Shown: piece after piece, positions 59,047 through 64,000 of the stretch
How the letters are laid out: every line of letters begins with the position of its first letter
How positions within the stretch are numbered: the first letter of the stretch is position 1
Assembly (NCBI GenBank): GCA_963841435.1
Contig: CAWJCS010000003.1
Coordinates: forward strand, 1 to 64,000
Length of the DNA: 64,000 bases
Reading direction: 5' to 3'
Source: an uncultured delta proteobacterium
GTDB lineage: Bacteria; Myxococcota_A; Polyangia; Polyangiales; Polyangiaceae
Notes under the pieces: model-generated
What the model was told of the DNA's origin: nothing
What the model saw: only the letters and a program-made list of their open reading frames with translations
Database searches by the model: none
Position numbers and translations under genes: made by a program

Positions 59047-60480
59047 ATGGAGCTTCGATCCCGAGTGGCCTTGCTCGCCGTCGTGTGGCTCGTCGCGTGC
59101 GATGGCGGCAAGGCGGAGCAGGGGCCGAGCACGAGCGGGGGCGCGGCGGGAGGACCGACCGGGGGCGCGGGGGCCGGCGGCGCGAGCGGCAGCACGGGAG
59201 CGAGCGGCTCCGGGGGCGACGCTCTCGCGGGGAGCGGAGCGGTCGGCGCGAGCACGGGCGAAAGCGGTGGTTTCGCGCAGGGTGGCGGCGCCGGCGAGGC
59301 GGGCAGCGCGGCCGCGGGCGGTGCGGCAACCGGCGGGGCAGGCGCAGGCGGCACGGGGACTTCCGGCATGGGAGCGAGCGGCGCCGGGGGTGTCGCGGGA
59401 GCGGCCGCGGGTGGAGCGGGTGGAGCAGGTGACTCGGGGGCGGCTGGCGGCGGCGCCGGCGGCATCGAGATCGCGATCATCGGCGGCACCGACGGCAACA
59501 TCCGCGTGTATCGCTTCGATCGCGCAGCGCGCACGCTGTCGAGCCCCACGCTGGTCGATGCGGGCAGCTACCCGTCGTTCATGACCGTGGATCCGGAGCA
59601 TCGACACCTCTATGCCGTGCTCGAAGCGTCCGCCAAGGTCGCGGCGTTCTCGATCGACGCCACGACCGGGGCGCTCACGGCGCTCAACCAGGTCGATTCC
59701 GGGGGCGGCGCGCCGGCGCACGTGTCGGTCGATCACTCGGGCCACTGGGTGATGGTCGCCAACTACAACGGCGGCTCGGTGCGCATCTTTCCCATCGAAA
59801 CCGACGGCTCGCTCGGCGCGCCGAGCGACACGCAAACGCCGGGCACGAACCCGCACCTCGTCCTCACGGACGCCGCGAATGCGTTCGCCTTCGTGCCCTG
59901 CAAGGGGTCGGACTACGTCGCAGAGTTCGCGTTCGACGCCCAGACCGGCAAGCTCACGGCCAACGCCACGCCGACCGTCCCGACGGCGTCGGGTGCCGGC
60001 CCGCGCCACCTCGCCTTCCACCCGAATGGCGCGTTCGCCTACCTCATCAACGAGCTCGACGACACGATGACGGCGCTCTCGTACGACGCCGCGACCGGTC
60101 GCCTCACGCCCATCCACACGCTCTCGACGCTCCCCACGGGCGCGAACGGCGCGAGCAACTCGACCGCCGAGGTCGTCGTCCACCCGACCGGCAAGTTTCT
60201 CTACGGCTCGAATCGCGGCGACGACAGCATCGTCGTTTACACACTCGATCCAACGACCGGCCGCATGACACTCGCGGGCCACGATCCCTCGGGCGGCCGC
60301 ACGCCGCGGCATTTTTCGCTCGACGACACCGGCACGGTGATGCTCGTCGCAAACCGCGACACGAGCAGCGTCGTCGTCTTCAACGTCAACGCGAACACGG
60401 GGCGGCTCACCCAGGCAAGCTCGGTGACCGGCCTCGCGCAACCCGAGTATGCCGCGCTCGTGCGGCTGCCCGGGAACTGA
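59047..60480 (+). CDS. Lactonase-family (6-phosphogluconolactonase-like) beta-propeller lipoprotein
   Basis: LVAC lipobox; PAHVS, ANY.GG, PH, GPRHLAFHP, NEL, SNRG, PRHF. Confidence 0.9.
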   Translation: MELRSRVALLAVVWLVACDGGKAEQGPSTSGGAAGGPTGGAGAGGASGSTGASGSGGDALAGSGAVGASTGESGGFAQGGGAGEAGSAAAGGAATGGAGAGGTGTSGMGASGAGGVAGAAAGGAGGAGDSGAAGGGAGGIEIAIIGGTDGNIRVYRFDRAARTLSSPTLVDAGSYPSFMTVDPEHRHLYAVLEASAKVAAFSIDATTGALTALNQVDSGGGAPAHVSVDHSGHWVMVANYNGGSVRIFPIETDGSLGAPSDTQTPGTNPHLVLTDAANAFAFVPCKGSDYVAEFAFDAQTGKLTANATPTVPTASGAGPRHLAFHPNGAFAYLINELDDTMTALSYDAATGRLTPIHTLSTLPTGANGASNSTAEVVVHPTGKFLYGSNRGDDSIVVYTLDPTTGRMTLAGHDPSGGRTPRHFSLDDTGTVMLVANRDTSSVVVFNVNANTGRLTQASSVTGLAQPEYAALVRLPGN

Positions 60481-60566
60481 GCGCGCGACCCCGGTCTCTC
60501 ACCGAAATGGCGTCGAGGCGCGTCGTTCCACGGCCAGGCCCCAAGCGTGCGGCGCCGAGCCGCCGC

Positions 60567-62564
60567 TCACGTGACGTGGCGGCGTAGCTCGGCGAGCTCG
60601 CGCTCGAAGCCGCCCGAGAGAATGGGAAAGCGATACCAAGTCTTCGGATCGAGGCTTTCGTCGTCGACGTGGAAGCTTGGCGCGTAGCGCTCGCGCTTCC
60701 ATTGATTGCGGGCGAAGAGGCGAAAGAACCGCTCGAGGTAGGTGACGAGCTCGGTGGGCGTGAGGGCCGGAAAATCGCGCCGCAAGAGCTCGAAAATCTC
60801 GACGGGCGGGAGCTTGTCGCGGATGGCCGAGCGCTCGATCGCGTCGAGCAGATCGTAGGGCATGAGATCGTTCTCGTCCGTCTGGCCCGACCCCGCGGGG
60901 CGAAGCTCCGCCGTGGGTGCCTGAACGTTCACCGCCGCGAGCGCGGGGAGCGGGCCGAGCCCCGCGGGGCCCTCACCTTCGAGCCAGCGTAGGTACGAGC
61001 GCACGAAGTGCTTGTCGACGCCGGCAATCGGGCAGAGGCCGCCCGCAGTGTCGCCGTCCATCGTGGCGTAGCCGACGGCCGCCTCGGAGCGATTGCTGGT
61101 GGACAGCAGCAGCGCGCCGAGCAAGTTGGCGACGAGCCAGACGCTCGGCGCGCGGGCCCGCGCCTGGATGTTCTGCAGCGCAAGATCATCCGTCTCCCAG
61201 CCGAGCTCGCGGCCGAGCGCCGCCTCGACGCGACCGACGTAACCCGAAACGAGCTCCGCGACGTCGAGCTCGAGGTGGCGCGCGCCGAGCGCCTCGGCGA
61301 CGGCGCGGGCCGCGGCGCGCGTCGTCGCCGAGCTCTGGGCCGTCGCCTGGTAGACGGTCGTGAGCAGCTGGCCGACGACGCCCGTGACGCTCCCGGCCGA
61401 TTCGAGCTCGGGGACGTGAGCGAGCCGGTGGCGGAGCCCGTCGCGGCCGAGCTCGGCGTCTGCGAGCCGCACCATCATCGCCACGAGGCAGGCGACGAGC
61501 GCGGAGTCGGCGCCGCCGCTCAACGAAACCACCGCGCCCCGGGAGCGGCTCTTTCTCGTGTAGTCGAAAAGCGCGAGGGCGAGCGCTCGGGTGAGCTCTT
61601 CTTCCTTGAGGTGCGCCGAGGTTTCCCAGGGGGCGAGCGCGGCACCGGCGCCGGGCGCGTCGAGCGGCGAGGCGGCGTCGATCGGCGGAAAGGCGAACGC
61701 CCGGTGAGCCACGGTCATCGCGAGCGCGGCCTGCTCGGGAGGCGCCGCGCGGCTGCGCGTCGAGCGCTCCGGATCGAGGTCGAGCACGGCGGTCGTGAGC
61801 TCGACATCGCGGTACGAAAAGCGCCGTCCCGTCGCCACCAGGTGGCCGTCGAGGGCGATCAGCGTGTCACCGTCGTAGATCGCCCGCCCGGCCTCGTTGC
61901 CGAGCAGGTTCGCGTACACGTAGCCGACACCGAACGAGCGCGACCCCTCGAGCACGAGCCGGCGCCGCACGGCGTGCTTGCCGAAGGCGAAATGGCTCGC
62001 GCTGGGGTTCAGGAGCAGGTCGGCGCCGGCGAGCGCGAGATCAGCGCCGCGCCGTTCTTCCACCCAGGCGTCCTCGCAAATCTCGAAGCCTATCTTGACG
62101 CCACCGGCGTCGAACAAGAGCTCCCCCACGGGTAGCTCTTCTCCGAACAGCGACACGCGCTCCACTTCGCCGCGCGGCCAGGAGCGAAACCAACGTGGCT
62201 CGTAGTGAATGCCGTCGTTGGCGAGCGCGCGCTTGGCGGCGAGCCCCACGACACGCCCGTCGACCGCGAGCGCCGTCGCGTTGAAGACATGCCGCCCGAG
62301 CTCGAGCGGCAGCCCGAGGCTCACGACGATGCCCCGCGTTTCCGGCAGAATTTCAGCTAGGATCGCCTGCGCCGTCTTGCGCACGAACGGCGCGAGGAAC
62401 GCGTCCTCGCAGCCGTAGCCCGTGATGCAGAGCTCGGGCAGACACAACACCGAAACGCCCGCGTCGCGCGCCTGCCGGATGGCAGCGACGACGTTACGAC
62501 GGTTTTCCGCCCAGGCGAGCGGCGTCTGATTGAGGGCGGCGGCGGCGACCTTGACGAGCTTCAA
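60567..62564 (-). CDS. nadE: Glutamine-dependent NAD+ synthetase
   Basis: Nitrilase domain (PELCITGY, K, EICED) plus SGGADS, NIQAR, NRSE, PTAEL. Confidence 0.95.
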   Translation of the reverse strand: MKLVKVAAAALNQTPLAWAENRRNVVAAIRQARDAGVSVLCLPELCITGYGCEDAFLAPFVRKTAQAILAEILPETRGIVVSLGLPLELGRHVFNATALAVDGRVVGLAAKRALANDGIHYEPRWFRSWPRGEVERVSLFGEELPVGELLFDAGGVKIGFEICEDAWVEERRGADLALAGADLLLNPSASHFAFGKHAVRRRLVLEGSRSFGVGYVYANLLGNEAGRAIYDGDTLIALDGHLVATGRRFSYRDVELTTAVLDLDPERSTRSRAAPPEQAALAMTVAHRAFAFPPIDAASPLDAPGAGAALAPWETSAHLKEEELTRALALALFDYTRKSRSRGAVVSLSGGADSALVACLVAMMVRLADAELGRDGLRHRLAHVPELESAGSVTGVVGQLLTTVYQATAQSSATTRAAARAVAEALGARHLELDVAELVSGYVGRVEAALGRELGWETDDLALQNIQARARAPSVWLVANLLGALLLSTSNRSEAAVGYATMDGDTAGGLCPIAGVDKHFVRSYLRWLEGEGPAGLGPLPALAAVNVQAPTAELRPAGSGQTDENDLMPYDLLDAIERSAIRDKLPPVEIFELLRRDFPALTPTELVTYLERFFRLFARNQWKRERYAPSFHVDDESLDPKTWYRFPILSGGFERELAELRRHVT

Positions 62565-64000
62565 TTGCCCGGATCATACCCCAGGTTTGGCCGAAGCCAG
62601 CGTTCGGCCTCCTTCACGCTGAGCCCCTTGCGCGCTGCGTACGGCTCGACCTGATCGCGCCCGACCCGCCCCACGCCGAAGTACTTGGCCTTCGGGTGCG
62701 CGAGGTAGAGGCCGCTGACGCTCGCCGCCGGAGTCATGGCAAAGCTCTCGGTGAGCGCGAGACCGGCCTCGCCGGCGCCGAGTAGCTCGAAGAGCTTGGG
62801 CTTGTCGCTGTGATCCGGACACGCGGGGTAGCCCAGGGCGGGGCGGATCCCCCGGTATTTTTCGGCGATGAGCTCGTCGTTGGTGAGCTTTTCCTCGCGG
62901 CCGTAGCCCCACTCGCGGCGCGCGCGCGCGTGCAGCAGCTCGGCGAAGGCTTCCGCGAGGCGATCGGCGAGCGACTTGACCATGATGGCGCGGTAGTCGT
63001 CGTGATCCGCTTCGTAGCGGCGCGCGAGCTCATCGGCGCCGATGCCGGTCGTCACGGCGAACGCCCCCACGTGGTCGCGCGCGCCGCCGCCCGCGGGAGC
63101 GACGAAGTCGGCGAGCGAGAGGCACGGCTCGCTCTCGCCGGCGCGCTGCTGCTGGCGCAGCATGGGGAACCGCACGCGCTCCTTGGTCCGCGACTCGTCC
63201 TCGTAGAGCACGATGTCGTCGCCGTCCGAGGCCGCCGGGAAGAAGCCGTAGGCGGCGTTCGCCCTGAGGAGCTTGTTCTGCATGATCTCGGCGAGCAGCT
63301 CCGTTCCGTTCTCGTAGAGCTCGCGCGCCGCGGCACCCTGCTCGGGGTGCTGGAGGATCTTCGGGAATTTGCCCTTGAGCTCCCAGGCCACGAAGAAGAA
63401 CGTCCAGTCGATGTATTTCGCGATCTCCTCGAGCGGGAAATCGAGGAGCAGTCGCCGGCCCACGAAGTCGGGCGCCGGGACCTCGTCCGGCCCGAACTCG
63501 AGCTTGGGAGCGAGCGCGCGCGCCTTTTCGTACGACAAGAGGGGACGCTGCTGCTTGCTCGAGTGCATGTCGCGCAGCCGCACCTGCTCGGCGCGCGTCG
63601 TCTCGATCAGGCCCGGAAGCTGCTTCGGGTCGAGCGCGGCCGCGACCACGCCGACGGCTCGCGACGCGTCGAGCACGTGAAGTGTCGGCCCGCCGTACTC
63701 GGGCGCAATCTTCACGGCCGTGTGCTGCCGACTCGTCGTGGCGCCGCCGATGAGCAACGGCAGATCGAGCTTTCGACGCTGCATCTCCTTGGCGACGAAC
63801 ACCATCTCGTCGAGGCTCGGCGTGATGAGCCCGCTCAGGCCGATCACGTCCACCTTCTCCTCGGCGGCCCGCTCGAGGATCTTGTCGCACGACACCATCA
63901 CGCCCAGATCGATGACCTTGTAGTTGTTGCAGCCGAGCACGACGCCCACGATGTTCTTGCCGATATCGTGCACGTCGCCCTTGACGGTCGCGAGCAACAC
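62561..64000 (-). CDS. metH: Cobalamin-dependent methionine synthase, C-terminal part (gene runs off the window)
   Basis: DVHDIGKN B12-binding motif, SGLITPSL, GIRPA.GYPACPDH activation domain. Confidence 0.96.
   Translation of the reverse strand: MLLATVKGDVHDIGKNIVGVVLGCNNYKVIDLGVMVSCDKILERAAEEKVDVIGLSGLITPSLDEMVFVAKEMQRRKLDLPLLIGGATTSRQHTAVKIAPEYGGPTLHVLDASRAVGVVAAALDPKQLPGLIETTRAEQVRLRDMHSSKQQRPLLSYEKARALAPKLEFGPDEVPAPDFVGRRLLLDFPLEEIAKYIDWTFFFVAWELKGKFPKILQHPEQGAAARELYENGTELLAEIMQNKLLRANAAYGFFPAASDGDDIVLYEDESRTKERVRFPMLRQQQRAGESEPCLSLADFVAPAGGGARDHVGAFAVTTGIGADELARRYEADHDDYRAIMVKSLADRLAEAFAELLHARARREWGYGREEKLTNDELIAEKYRGIRPALGYPACPDHSDKPKLFELLGAGEAGLALTESFAMTPAASVSGLYLAHPKAKYFGVGRVGRDQVEPYAARKGLSVKEAERWLRPNLGYDPGN

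Noticed and set aside
1-64000. rRNA, tRNA, CRISPR arrays, prophage, integron attC sites
   Set aside because: None recognised on reading both strands; no integrase, cas or virion genes.

Overview
This is a high-GC window, most likely from a myxobacterium (Polyangiaceae/Sorangiineae-like). That call is an inference from the Gly-rich lipoproteins, a MYXO-CTERM protein and Ser/Thr kinase-TPR pairs. It has four blocks. (1) 1-9.4 kb is an accessory island: an IS66 element, then an array of orphan polymorphic-toxin/immunity cassettes (Rhs C-terminal DUF4329-like and Ntox44-like), two DUF559 nuclease repeats, an XRE-DUF4062 pair and a ParE/RelE-type TA module. (2) 9.4-27 kb encodes surface lipoproteins and hydrolases (beta-helix, two vWA, GH5, cutinase/PETase-like, ASST-like), two more TA-like pairs, a small Acb2/Tad1-like helical-hairpin protein and a kinase-TPR pair. 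(3) 27-51 kb is a minus-strand nitrate/nitrite cluster with unusual parts: a HemD-NirB-NirD triple fusion, a NasA/NarB enzyme with a DmsB-DmsC membrane partner, a porin and NrtABCD. It also has a flavin/[2Fe-2S]/4-His membrane protein, an 11-heme cytochrome c, a DUF3365 heme lipoprotein and a globin, which together look like an uncharacterised transmembrane electron conduit. (4) 51-64 kb holds molybdenum cofactor genes (including a probable NarM-MoaC fusion), an rlmL-like methyltransferase, a GT-C membrane protein, a lactonase, nadE and the 3' part of metH. Several single-base frameshifts in conserved genes suggest uncorrected long-read indels, so split or fused ORFs need read-level checks. 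All family calls come from motif recognition by eye; no database searches were run.
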